A model generated the notes under the pieces. The model did no database searches, was not told the DNA's origin, and saw only the letters and a program-made list of their open reading frames with translations. Positions 51,186 to 60,622 of a stretch of DNA of 64,000 nucleotides are shown piece after piece. The first letter of the stretch is position 1. Every line of letters starts with the position of its first letter. Position numbers and translations under genes: made by a program. The DNA lies in assembly GCA_052168235.1 (NCBI GenBank), contig JBQLZK010000001.1:128001-192000 (forward strand), given 5' to 3'. Source of the DNA: Thainema sp. Its GTDB lineage: Bacteria > Cyanobacteriota > Cyanobacteriia > Phormidesmidales > Phormidesmidaceae.

Positions 51186-51631
51186 GACTTTGAATCACCA
51201 AAGTTTGCTGTCCCGTGAAATTCACCAAATCCATAATTTCGGGAATTATCGTGTCCCTCAATGTCAACGTTGATTTCCTTATGGACTTGGTTCTGCTGAC
51301 CAATGTTAATAATCTGTTGCGCCATCTGCTGCACATCCTCAGCAAACTGCTGATTCTCTGGATCTCTTAATTCATAAGCTAGACAAATCTCCAGTTCTTC
51401 TAGTGCAGCCTCAGACTTTTCTTGCTCTACTCGGGTGATGGCCTTTTCCATCCGCTTATTTCCAGTAAAGTGCTGCTTGATCCGTTTCCACAACGCCTCA
51501 ATCTGGCTACCCGCCGTCTTCAACATGGCTGGGGTCGTTATTTCTGCCGCTTTGCCTGCTGCTGCCTCAACAAACTTACTTGCCGCTATGGCAGCGATCC
51601 CCGCTGCCGTTAACGTGACTGGATCAGTCAT
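51182..51631 (-). CDS. Bell-like helical effector with C-terminal amyloid-type motif
   Basis: MTDPVTLTAAGIAAIA hydrophobic N-helix, LW..I...F.G and FA..VQQ.A pattern; C-terminal motif repeated in the next gene; ATGA overlap. Confidence 0.75.
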   Translation of the reverse strand: MTDPVTLTAAGIAAIAASKFVEAAAGKAAEITTPAMLKTAGSQIEALWKRIKQHFTGNKRMEKAITRVEQEKSEAALEELEICLAYELRDPENQQFAEDVQQMAQQIINIGQQNQVHKEINVDIEGHDNSRNYGFGEFHGTANFGDSKS

Positions 51632-51813
51632 AGTTTTATATCTAGGTAATGGCTACATTTGACTCATCCCAATTCTGCACAGAATTTCTCTCAGTGTCGA
51701 GAATCGAGGATTAAGCTAGTTGTTATATGTATAGACAAAGCCATTGATACGTTACGGCTAGCGCCTGACACATCCTACGAAGCTACAAAACTTAAAATCT
51801 GGGGAAACAGCAG

Positions 51814-52053
51814 ATGGCTGAAAACATCGTGAAAGTAGACATCTCATTTCAAGCCTTACTCACAGCCGTTCTATCTCTGGAACGCGCTGAGAAGCAGAAG
51901 CTTTGGGAATTCCTGGAAACAGATTTATTTCCAGACGAGGAGGATTCACCCGAAGATCTGGCTGAAATTGAAGCTGCTCGCGCCGACTATACAGCAGGTG
52001 ACTACATCACGTTTGATCAATACGCAGCAGAGCGAGCTAGCCGTTACGAATGA
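51814..52053 (+). CDS. Putative antitoxin
   Basis: 79-aa acidic protein (EIEAARADYTAGDYITFD) with ATGA overlap to a RelE-like gene. Confidence 0.7.
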   Translation: MAENIVKVDISFQALLTAVLSLERAEKQKLWEFLETDLFPDEEDSPEDLAEIEAARADYTAGDYITFDQYAAERASRYE

Positions 52054-52289
52054 CGTACACAATCATTACGCCTAAAGTTGTTCGAAAACAGCTAGATGAC
52101 TTGCCCGATGACGTTTATGAACGTATTGCTCCTAAGATCCAGCAGCTTGCAGAACATCCTCGCCCAGACGGGGTTACAAAGCTGAAAGGAACCGATCGCG
52201 AATATTGGGTTCGTTGTGAAATTGATGACAAGGAAAAAGTGATCTTGCTCTTATAGTGCAAGCACTAAAGAGATATCTACCGGAAGTAG
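52050..52289 (+). pseudogene. Decayed RelE/ParE toxin
   Basis: PRPDGVTKLKG present, but the RIRxGDY segment is missing and the tail reads LLL*CKH*RDIYRK*. Confidence 0.75.
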
Positions 52290-52345
52290 ACAAATTTCAA
52301 AAAGGACAGCCAAGATAGCTGTCCTATAGCATTCAATCTTTAGCC

Positions 52346-52834
52346 CTAAATATCTTTACTTTGCACAAAATAGGAGCCAATACTGAAGCTGGTATCGCTT
52401 TCCTCAAGCTGCTTTAAGACTGAACGGGTAATTAGCTTCTCTTTTTCGACCAGCACTTGACCTGTGATTGGGTGCAGCAAATCTTGCTCTGCCCGCCGTC
52501 CAATCAGCGCCTCAATATCCTTCAGCGAATTAATATACATACCGGGCGGTAGCTCCACCACCACGCCTTCGCCCTGCACCCGTGCCTGACAGGCCAAGCG
52601 CGAATTGGGCTTGCAGGTGGTAATCACTTCTAACGTACGCTGTTCCCGGCGGTTAATTGGGCTGAGCGAGCCCATGCCCTCTTTCACATAGATATGGCAG
52701 GTGGCGCACATACCCCGCCCACCACACTCTTTCAAAACGTCCAGTTCTTCATCCAGCAGCACAGAGAGCAGGTTGCCGTCAGTTGCGATCGCGGTTTCCT
52801 GAGCAATTGGTTCTAGTCGAACAATTTTAACCAT
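52346..52834 (-). CDS. 2Fe-2S ferredoxin-domain protein
   Basis: CGGRGMCATC...RLACQ motif with a C-terminal extension. Confidence 0.88.
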   Translation of the reverse strand: MVKIVRLEPIAQETAIATDGNLLSVLLDEELDVLKECGGRGMCATCHIYVKEGMGSLSPINRREQRTLEVITTCKPNSRLACQARVQGEGVVVELPPGMYINSLKDIEALIGRRAEQDLLHPITGQVLVEKEKLITRSVLKQLEESDTSFSIGSYFVQSKDI

Positions 52835-53082
52835 TAAATTCGCCTACTCAATATCAAAACAAATTGAAACCCAAAAACCGAAACGAGAAGAGCCAATTAG
52901 CTAGAAAGGAACCAGCTTAAAACTGTATCAATTAGACAATTTAGACAGTTTTGTTGCCAACTCAATAAAAATCAACATTCAACTCACCATTTAACCAACC
53001 ATTTCGCAAAACCAAACCTTTATCTAAAAATGCTGATGTTGATTCACAACAAGTGATTTACAACCAGATGACAAGGTAAATC

Positions 53083-53961
53083 TTATCGCTCCGGGAAAAC
53101 CGTCAAATCAGACAGCAAAATGTACCGTTGACGTTCATCCAACGCCTCTTGCTCCATCAAAACGGGGAAATCGCGGATTACTCTTGCGCAACGGGTTACG
53201 AACGCCGTTACCCACATTTTGATCCACTTCTGATGCTCATTTTCAATCTCTTCTTGCAGCGAGGTTTGAGAACTCGGTGCAAGACTAATATTCCCCGTCC
53301 GTTCAATCTGAAAAACGTCCAGCCAATCTAAATCAGGCCGACTGGTTTTCCAGTAGTTTGATACCACAGCTTTGCCCAGATATTGGCTAGCATATTGGCT
53401 CAAGCTATTCAACGCAGATAGCACCTCACCTAAATTCGGTGGCTTCATCACCGAAGCCTGATTCGATTTCGGTGTCGGCGGAGTTCTCTGGGCAGGGGCG
53501 ACCGTCGCATTGGACTGGGTTGTAGAGCCCGATGTGCTTAAGGCAGCTTGGGATTGAGACTCTCCCCAGTAGCTTTGTCCCGATAACGATATACTTCCCG
53601 CTAACAACCGAAATGTTGCAACCGCTTTGGTAATATCGCCCAGAAGTTCATCCTTCAGCAGACTAATTCCCTGCATATAGGACGTGATATCCAGATTTTC
53701 GTTCGTCAGAACCAGTAAAATTGCACCCTGTTCCAGTTTATAAATGTACACACTGTAATTGGAAAACAGGAACTCAAACGACTCAAATCCGGATGGCGTT
53801 GTGTCGATAACCTGTTGAATTCCTTGGGCTAGCGCCTCCCGCTGCTGGAAGTTGAGTGTCTGATCCAATCCAAAAAAATAGGGACGCGATCGCCCATCCA
53901 TTAGGGCAATGCCCGCAATTCCTGGTAAATTCAGAAAATCCTGAACGACCTCCCGTTTCAT
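53083..53961 (-). CDS. Conserved cyanobacterial hypothetical protein
   Basis: FLNLPGIAGIALMDGRSRPYF N-terminus; YLG..VV.NYW..SRP C-terminal domain. Confidence 0.7.
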   Translation of the reverse strand: MKREVVQDFLNLPGIAGIALMDGRSRPYFFGLDQTLNFQQREALAQGIQQVIDTTPSGFESFEFLFSNYSVYIYKLEQGAILLVLTNENLDITSYMQGISLLKDELLGDITKAVATFRLLAGSISLSGQSYWGESQSQAALSTSGSTTQSNATVAPAQRTPPTPKSNQASVMKPPNLGEVLSALNSLSQYASQYLGKAVVSNYWKTSRPDLDWLDVFQIERTGNISLAPSSQTSLQEEIENEHQKWIKMWVTAFVTRCARVIRDFPVLMEQEALDERQRYILLSDLTVFPER

Positions 53962-54484
53962 AGGATGCCTAAAATCGTTGTCCGTCTAAATCAGCAATAG
54001 TCAATCTGGAATCATCAATCTGGAGAGTCAATCGAGCTGAGTTGAGCCAACTCTTCATACTGGATTGAACATACAGATTGAAAACAGTCAAGCAAGCGAT
54101 CATCAAGTTTTGCGCCTTAACTTGGGCTTTGGCTTTAACAGGGTCACACAAGTTTATCCTGGTCTAGAGCGCAACTTCCACTTAGCGAAAATTAAAGTCA
54201 GCACATCAGGTGCGATCGCATGCTAGTTCTTAAATTAATGCACAGTTGAATCGGGTAAGAAATATTTCAAATCATGTCAAAGGGTAATCTAAGAATTAAA
54301 GTGCATTTCATTACAGTACGTTGGATAGTGCATTAGACGTTGAGTATGTAAATCTGCATGCAACAACACTACACAATGACCGGAATATCTATATCTCTCA
54401 CACTACAGAGATATGATATGTGGCGTATTTCGCCTCAGATGTTTCAAACTTGTTCGTTTGTTCCTCCGTATAAGGCTAGCAGCT

Positions 54485-55522
54485 ATGTCTGATCTTCCGT
54501 TTACCTTAGACCAACTTCGAATCCTCAAAGCGATCGCCGTTGAAGGGAGTTTCAAGCGAGCTGCTGACAGTCTGTACGTCTCCCAACCTGCCGTCAGCCT
54601 ACAGGTACAAAACCTAGAGCGTCAATTGGATGTCCCCCTGTTTGATCGGGGTGGACGACGCGCCCAGTTGACAGAGGCCGGCCATTTGCTGCTCAGCTAC
54701 GGAGATCGAATCCTCACTCTATGCCAGGAAACTTGTCGGGCCATTGAAGATTTACAAAACTTACAGGGTGGAACCCTGATTGTAGGGGCAAGTCAGACGA
54801 CAGGCACCTATTTACTGCCCCGCATGATTGGTCTATTTCGGCAGCAGTATCCCGATGTGGCCGTCCAGCTTCATGTGCATTCCACTCGTCGCACCTCCTG
54901 GAGCGTGGCCAACGGGCAGATTGATTTAGCAATTATTGGCGGTGAGGTTCCTCCTGAGTTACAGGACTCTCTTAATATTGTTCCCTACGCTGAGGATGAA
55001 CTCGCGCTGATTATGCCCGTTTTTCATCCCTTAGCCAATGTTGACCTAATTCAGAAAGACGATCTGTACAAGCTCAACTTTATTGCTCTGGATTCCCAAT
55101 CAACCATTCGCAAGGTCATCGACCAGGTGCTAACCCGGAGCGGTATTGAGACGCGGCGGCTCAAGATTGAAATGGAGCTGAACTCAATCGAGGCGATTAA
55201 GAATGCTGTCCAGTCCGGTCTCGGCGTTGCCTTCGTTTCAATTTCAGCCATTGAAAAAGAACTGCAAATGGGTCTACTTCAGCGCACCAAGGTTGATGAA
55301 GTGGTGATTAACCGCACTTTATCGGTCATTGTCAATCCGGCCCGCTATCGCTCAAAAGCCGCTGAAGCATTCACGAAGGAAATTTTGCCCCAGTTCACAT
55401 CGAAACCGATTAACCTGGATCGAAAAGCCGATCGGAGTGGAGTAACCGAACCACCAGCCAGCGTTCCTTTAAAATCTTCGGCCTCGGCTTCCCCCCGCTC
55501 CGGCAGTGAATCCTTGAAGTAA
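54485..55522 (+). CDS. rbcR: LysR-family regulator RbcR/Ycf30
   Basis: [37 protein letters not shown] and [15 protein letters not shown], characteristic of Ycf30. Confidence 0.88.
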   Translation: MSDLPFTLDQLRILKAIAVEGSFKRAADSLYVSQPAVSLQVQNLERQLDVPLFDRGGRRAQLTEAGHLLLSYGDRILTLCQETCRAIEDLQNLQGGTLIVGASQTTGTYLLPRMIGLFRQQYPDVAVQLHVHSTRRTSWSVANGQIDLAIIGGEVPPELQDSLNIVPYAEDELALIMPVFHPLANVDLIQKDDLYKLNFIALDSQSTIRKVIDQVLTRSGIETRRLKIEMELNSIEAIKNAVQSGLGVAFVSISAIEKELQMGLLQRTKVDEVVINRTLSVIVNPARYRSKAAEAFTKEILPQFTSKPINLDRKADRSGVTEPPASVPLKSSASASPRSGSESLK

Positions 55523-55612
55523 GCCTCCCGAAAGTAAGACTCACACCAGCGCCCGTATTGCGCCCGTACCGCGTTTGCCATCGCAGTTTGTCATCGCATT
55601 TCAACCAGGTGA

Positions 55613-57175
55613 ATGGAAGTTTACTGTACCCGCCCTAACTGCCCAAAGCCGACGAACTACTACGCGGATTTAGACCAGAATGCGACGCTGCAAACAGTGC
55701 AGCAAAAGTTCTGTACAAGTTGCGGAATGCCGTTGATTTTGGCGGGTCGATATTTGCCGCAGAAGCTCTTGGGCCGAGGCGGATTTGGGGCAGCGTTTTT
55801 AGCCATTGACCGCTATACACCAACACTGCGGCAGTGTGTTGTCAAGCAGTTCCAGCCCACCGGGGACTTGAGTCCAGCTCAAATGCAGATTGCCCAGGAT
55901 TTGTTTAATCGCGAGGCGGAAATCCTAGAGCAAATCGGCAATAAGCATCCGCTGATTCCCGATCTGTTTGCCTTTTTTCCGCTGATCGTCGATTTGCCCT
56001 CTCGAACTGGGCAAACGGAACTGTTCTACATCGTTCAAGAGTTTATTGACGGTCAGGATCTAGAGCAGGAGCTGGCTCAAAAAGGTTCGTTTCCCGAGAC
56101 AGAAGTTCGCGAAATTTTAGACTCTGTACTCAAGACGCTCCAGTTTGTCCACGATAGCGGCGTGATTCACCGGGACATTAAACCGTCGAACATCATGCGC
56201 GATCGCAGCGGCAAACTGTACCTGCTCGATTTCGGCGCAGTTAAACGGGTAACGGCTAAGGCGTCCCAGGCAAGCGGCAGCAATCAATCCACTGGTATTT
56301 ATTCAATGGGGTTTGCGCCGCCCGAACAGATGGCAGGCAGTACAGTTTATCCCGCCACCGACCTCTATGCATTGGCCGTCACCTGCATTACCCTGCTGAC
56401 TGGGAAACAGCCCAAAGACCTCTACGACTCCTATAGCAACGGCTGGAACTGGCATCCCCATGCTCAGGTTGGGGGCCAACTAGCGGCAATTCTCGACAAA
56501 ATGCTGATGCCGACCCCTAGCCAGCGCTTTCAGTCTGCACAAGACGTACTGGATGCTCTAGCAGGTACAGCGTCACCGACCACATCGTCAAATCCGAGAT
56601 CGCAATCTTCACCACCCAACCCGTTTTCCGCTTCGACGACCACTCCGACGGGGATACCACCGACCGCCGCAGGTACAGCCCTGCAATCCTCCTCGCCCGC
56701 CATGCCGCCAATTCAGCCCGCGACTCCGGCTCCAATCACCCCTGGCGCTTCTCAGTCTGTCGCAGCTCAGCAGCCTACTCCAGCATCGGCTCAGACCTCC
56801 TCTGGTTTCAGCCTGCTGGAATTTTTGGGCGGAGCTGCGTTTACCGGATTTGAAGGGGCACTACTTGCGATCGCGCTATTTAGCCTCAGCTTTTTGGGTA
56901 CCCTAGTGAGCGGCATCTTCTGGATTTTGCTGATCGCAGCGCTCATCTTTTTCCAGTCGCGCCGCACGATTGAACGGGTGGACTTGCTGATCATTGCGGG
57001 GCTAACGCTGCTAATCGTGCTATTTGTGCCGCCGCTTCAGTCTTTACCGCTGCTGCAGGCCAGTGGCAGTTCTCGACTGTTAACGGTTATCTTAGCGGTG
57101 ATGGCAAGTCTAGTCGTGGTGGCAGCGGCAACCCTATTTCGGTTGATCTACAGTATTTTGGCTCGTTTTCTGTAA
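55613..57175 (+). CDS. Ser/Thr protein kinase with 4-Cys prefix and C-terminal TM helices
   Basis: C..P.C...C..CG prefix; GRGGFG, HRDIKPSN, DFG and APPE motifs. Confidence 0.92.
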   Translation: MEVYCTRPNCPKPTNYYADLDQNATLQTVQQKFCTSCGMPLILAGRYLPQKLLGRGGFGAAFLAIDRYTPTLRQCVVKQFQPTGDLSPAQMQIAQDLFNREAEILEQIGNKHPLIPDLFAFFPLIVDLPSRTGQTELFYIVQEFIDGQDLEQELAQKGSFPETEVREILDSVLKTLQFVHDSGVIHRDIKPSNIMRDRSGKLYLLDFGAVKRVTAKASQASGSNQSTGIYSMGFAPPEQMAGSTVYPATDLYALAVTCITLLTGKQPKDLYDSYSNGWNWHPHAQVGGQLAAILDKMLMPTPSQRFQSAQDVLDALAGTASPTTSSNPRSQSSPPNPFSASTTTPTGIPPTAAGTALQSSSPAMPPIQPATPAPITPGASQSVAAQQPTPASAQTSSGFSLLEFLGGAAFTGFEGALLAIALFSLSFLGTLVSGIFWILLIAALIFFQSRRTIERVDLLIIAGLTLLIVLFVPPLQSLPLLQASGSSRLLTVILAVMASLVVVAAATLFRLIYSILARFL

Positions 57176-57176
57176 C

Positions 57177-57276
57177 TTTATATCTTGCACCTTGCCAATC
57201 AAAAACCCGAAGTGGCTATTTTGCTACCGCGATGCAGCAGCAAAATAACTCCTGTGGATTTGATGCAAGATGTGAA
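57177..57276. mobile_element. MITE-like element (ATCTTGCA...TGCAAGAT ends)
   Basis: TIR tatatcttgcac / atgcaagatgtga with an internal hairpin; related ends at 62562-62663. Confidence 0.5.
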
Positions 57277-57321
57277 TAACTCATTTCTCAAACCTTGGCA
57301 AATACCTCGGCAAAGTAGGTT

Positions 57322-58410
57322 ATGGCTTCTAAAAACGAGACTCCGGTTCTGATTGCGGCCTTACTGATTACTGTGGGCGTAATCGGTGGTGCGGGCTGGT
57401 GGCTGTATCGCAGCACTGACATATTTAGCGGACTGGGAGGTTCATCGTCACCATCGCCATCTAGCCCAGCAACTGCAACATCCTCAGACCCGACAGCGAC
57501 CATACCGCCCGATATTGCCCAGTCCAATGCCGAGACTCTGGCGCAAGTGGAGGGAGTTCCCCAAGGATTGTTCAACTATGGCGGCAGCACCACATGGGCA
57601 CCGATGCGCGGCACAGTTGATCCGCTAATTGAAACTGTGTGGCCCCGGTATGACCTGCGCTATGTCGATCCAACCACAGGTGCCGCCGGATCGAGTACGG
57701 GAATCGAAATGCTGCTGGATGGGCAGCTTTCCTTCGCCCAGTCCTCTCGTCCCCTGGAAGATGAGGAGTACCAACGAGCCGAACAGCGGGGCTTCAACCT
57801 GAGCCAAATTCCAGTCGCCCTGGAAGGCATTGCCTTTGCCGTTAATCCATCGCTGCCCGTGGACGCCCTAACGCTGGATCAAATCCAGCAAATATATACC
57901 GGGGAAATTACCAACTGGAGTCAGGTTGGTGGGCCGTCATTGCCGATTACGCCATTATCGCGATCGCAACAGTCCGGCGGTACCGTCGAGTTCTTTCAAG
58001 AAAACGTTCTCGGTGGCGCAGAACTGAGCAACGCCGTCCGCATCGTGTCCAATACTACCCAAGCCCTACGCCAGCTTGCTGAAACCCCCGGCGGCATTTA
58101 CTATGCCTCTGCTCCAGAAGTCGTGGGTCAATGCACGATTAAGCCCTTATCCATTGGCCGCAGTGCCAACCAGTTAGTCGCCCCCTATCAGGCTCCCTAC
58201 GTCCCAGAATCCGACTGTCCAGCCCGTCGTAATCAGCTTAACCAGGATGCTTTCCGCAGCGGCGACTATCCGCTGACTCGCCAACTGTTTGTCATCGTGA
58301 AGCAAGATGGCCAAACCGATCAGCAAGCCGGAGAAGCTTACGCCAAGCTACTGCTGTCAGAACAGGGGCAAGAGCTGGTGCAGGAAGCGGGATTTGTGAG
58401 GTTAAAGTAG
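57322..58410 (+). CDS. Membrane-anchored PstS-family substrate-binding protein
   Basis: YGGSTTWAP, GSSTGI.ML, SSRP, GGTVEFF and YPLTRQL motifs; N-terminal TM helix. Confidence 0.82.
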   Translation: MASKNETPVLIAALLITVGVIGGAGWWLYRSTDIFSGLGGSSSPSPSSPATATSSDPTATIPPDIAQSNAETLAQVEGVPQGLFNYGGSTTWAPMRGTVDPLIETVWPRYDLRYVDPTTGAAGSSTGIEMLLDGQLSFAQSSRPLEDEEYQRAEQRGFNLSQIPVALEGIAFAVNPSLPVDALTLDQIQQIYTGEITNWSQVGGPSLPITPLSRSQQSGGTVEFFQENVLGGAELSNAVRIVSNTTQALRQLAETPGGIYYASAPEVVGQCTIKPLSIGRSANQLVAPYQAPYVPESDCPARRNQLNQDAFRSGDYPLTRQLFVIVKQDGQTDQQAGEAYAKLLLSEQGQELVQEAGFVRLK

Positions 58411-58496
58411 ACTCCTTACTTTCATTACAGACCCCATCCCACGCCCCACAGATTTGCCATCATAGAGAGCGTTCGTGGTGATGAACTGGGTATGCT

Positions 58497-59132
58497 ATGT
58501 CAGCCCACTTGAGGAGAAATGTGATGAAACGATATTGCTGGTCGATGATTGGGGCGTTGGCATTAGGTGGGACGGTTGGGGTCATGCAAAGTGCGATCGC
58601 ACCTCTGGTTGCACAGGCGTACACGGCGCGGGTCGATTTGACCCTAGCTAGCGGTAAAGAAGAAACCTACGAGGTATTACTTAATCGGGCAGAAAACGTA
58701 GCCAGAGCGGCAGTACAGCGCAGTTTCGATGCGGATTTATTAGCAACAGACGTGATCGTGATCGTGGTGGGCGATCGTGGTGGCATTGTTGCGCCAATCA
58801 TGGACGTGCGGGTGAGTCGAGCGGAATGGCGTAGCCGCCCAGATGTAGCCTACTGGGGAGACTATTATCTAGATGCGCGAGCGCTCTTGGGTTTTGAGAG
58901 TTTCAGTGGTTCTGCCTCTGAAACAACTACATCACCCGTAGAACGTCCCTCACGCCCAGCTACTAATCCGGCTGGAACAGAATCAGATACAACTTCACCG
59001 TCAAATTCAGACGCTGATGCAACACCGGGTGAAACATCAGATGAAATTCCTGATTTAGATCGAGGCCCTGGCGAAATCGAGACGCCACGACCGTTTGTGA
59101 TTCCGGTTGATCCCTTTAACCCGCTGTTTTAG
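58497..59132 (+). CDS. Conserved exported hypothetical protein
   Basis: Signal peptide ending AQA; AYTARV...RAE..AR..VQRSFD.D pattern; low-complexity tail. Confidence 0.7.
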   Translation: MSAHLRRNVMKRYCWSMIGALALGGTVGVMQSAIAPLVAQAYTARVDLTLASGKEETYEVLLNRAENVARAAVQRSFDADLLATDVIVIVVGDRGGIVAPIMDVRVSRAEWRSRPDVAYWGDYYLDARALLGFESFSGSASETTTSPVERPSRPATNPAGTESDTTSPSNSDADATPGETSDEIPDLDRGPGEIETPRPFVIPVDPFNPLF

Positions 59133-59136
59133 GTTT

Positions 59137-60282
59137 CTATAGCGCCTGTAGCGACTGATAATGCAGCAAATGCTGTTCTGCGGAGCGTTGCCAGGTGTAT
59201 TGCTCCAGGATGGCTTGGCTGTTCCGGACGCGGATTTGCGCCAGGTCTGGATCGTGGTAGACGTCCAGCATCGCAGTTGCGATCGCACTTACTTGCTGCG
59301 GATCAACCAGCCATGCCTGATCGGGCGATAGGAATTCAGTAAATGGAGTTTGGTTAGACGTAATCACGGGTAGACCCGATGCGATCGCTTCTAGCACGAC
59401 CAATCCCCAACCTTCTTTTACGGACGGAAAGACAAAGGCAGCGGCACAGCGGTAGAGCGCAGGCAAATCAGCATCGGCAATCACACCGGGCAAAATTAAC
59501 GACTGACCAATTGAAATACGCAAGCGCTCGGCTAGTTGAAAAAATTCGTCGCGATAGGCCTGATAGTCAAATAGCGTCGCGCCTCCAGCAATCACCAGCT
59601 GCGCATGAGGAAGCACCCGAAGCACTTGAGCAAATGCTTCCAAAATGCACAGTGAATTCTTGCGCGGCTCAATGCCACCTACAGTTAGATATATCGGTTG
59701 CCCCTTGAGAGAATAGCGCTGTTTAAGCGATGCTTCTTTGCCATTTGGTACAGCAGAAAATCGTTTTGTATTAATGCCGTTGATCACCCGTGGCGCGGTG
59801 ATGCCATAGTCCTGGTGGAGTGTTTTTTGCCAGCGATCGCTAACGCAGAGACACCGATCCGGTTCGCGAATCGAGCGGTCTTGGCACTGTTGCAGATAGG
59901 GGCTGGCAAAGTCCTCAACGTGATGTACTGTACGCACGAAGTGTTGGATTTCGCCCCGCTGCTTCAACTGGGCGAGGGCGTTTGCGCCAATGCAGTCCTG
60001 AGCGTGATAGATATCGTAGTCAGTCTGACTCTGCTGAAAATGCTGGACAAACTCCTGAATCCGCTGATGAATCAAGGCATCAATAGCATTGGGTGCAGGT
60101 TGAGCTGAAATGAGAATGAGATCGCACTTTATCGGCCAGTCGAATCCCTGCCCATCTTTATCTAGCGCATAAACGCAGACGCTGTGACCCAGATCGTGTA
60201 GTGCATCGGCTAATTCCAGCGTATGAACTACGCTGCCGCGCGGCTTAGTGGAATAGGTCAGTAACGCAATTCGCTGGGGCAT
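59137..60282 (-). CDS. GT4 glycosyltransferase, MSMEG_0565 family
   Basis: TYSTKPRGSVVHTLEL, HAQDCI, GGIEPRKN and EGWGLVVLEA motifs. Confidence 0.85.
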   Translation of the reverse strand: MPQRIALLTYSTKPRGSVVHTLELADALHDLGHSVCVYALDKDGQGFDWPIKCDLILISAQPAPNAIDALIHQRIQEFVQHFQQSQTDYDIYHAQDCIGANALAQLKQRGEIQHFVRTVHHVEDFASPYLQQCQDRSIREPDRCLCVSDRWQKTLHQDYGITAPRVINGINTKRFSAVPNGKEASLKQRYSLKGQPIYLTVGGIEPRKNSLCILEAFAQVLRVLPHAQLVIAGGATLFDYQAYRDEFFQLAERLRISIGQSLILPGVIADADLPALYRCAAAFVFPSVKEGWGLVVLEAIASGLPVITSNQTPFTEFLSPDQAWLVDPQQVSAIATAMLDVYHDPDLAQIRVRNSQAILEQYTWQRSAEQHLLHYQSLQAL

Positions 60283-60302
60283 TGTCGGAGCATTTTCAGT
60301 TT

Positions 60303-60406
60303 TATGGCAGTAGTCACATCGGTTAGGACGTTAGAAAACTCTGAAACGTTCAAGCGTTTAAACGCTGGATTTCGTAACTATCTCAACCAAAATGGCGATG
60401 GCTATA
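60303..60406. mobile_element. MITE, intact relative of 35616-35819
   Basis: TIR tatggcagtagtcacatcggttagga / tctcaaccaaaatggcgatggctata; body aligns to 35616-35712 in reverse. Confidence 0.75.
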
Positions 60407-60622
60407 TCAATTCAAATCTAATCAAGTTCAGCTTGCAATCAGTTGAAACCATCGTTGCCCCAAGTTACCCCTAAATAGCGTTTACGCAAGACTAGCAGTG
60501 CCAGTCTTACGCAAATACATACCGCGTTCTTTAGCCAAAAATTATTTTGTTCATTGTGTAAGACCAGCCCTATAAGCCCTGCTCGCTCATGCTCGCAATC
60601 GCAACTGAGTCGAGTACAAGTT

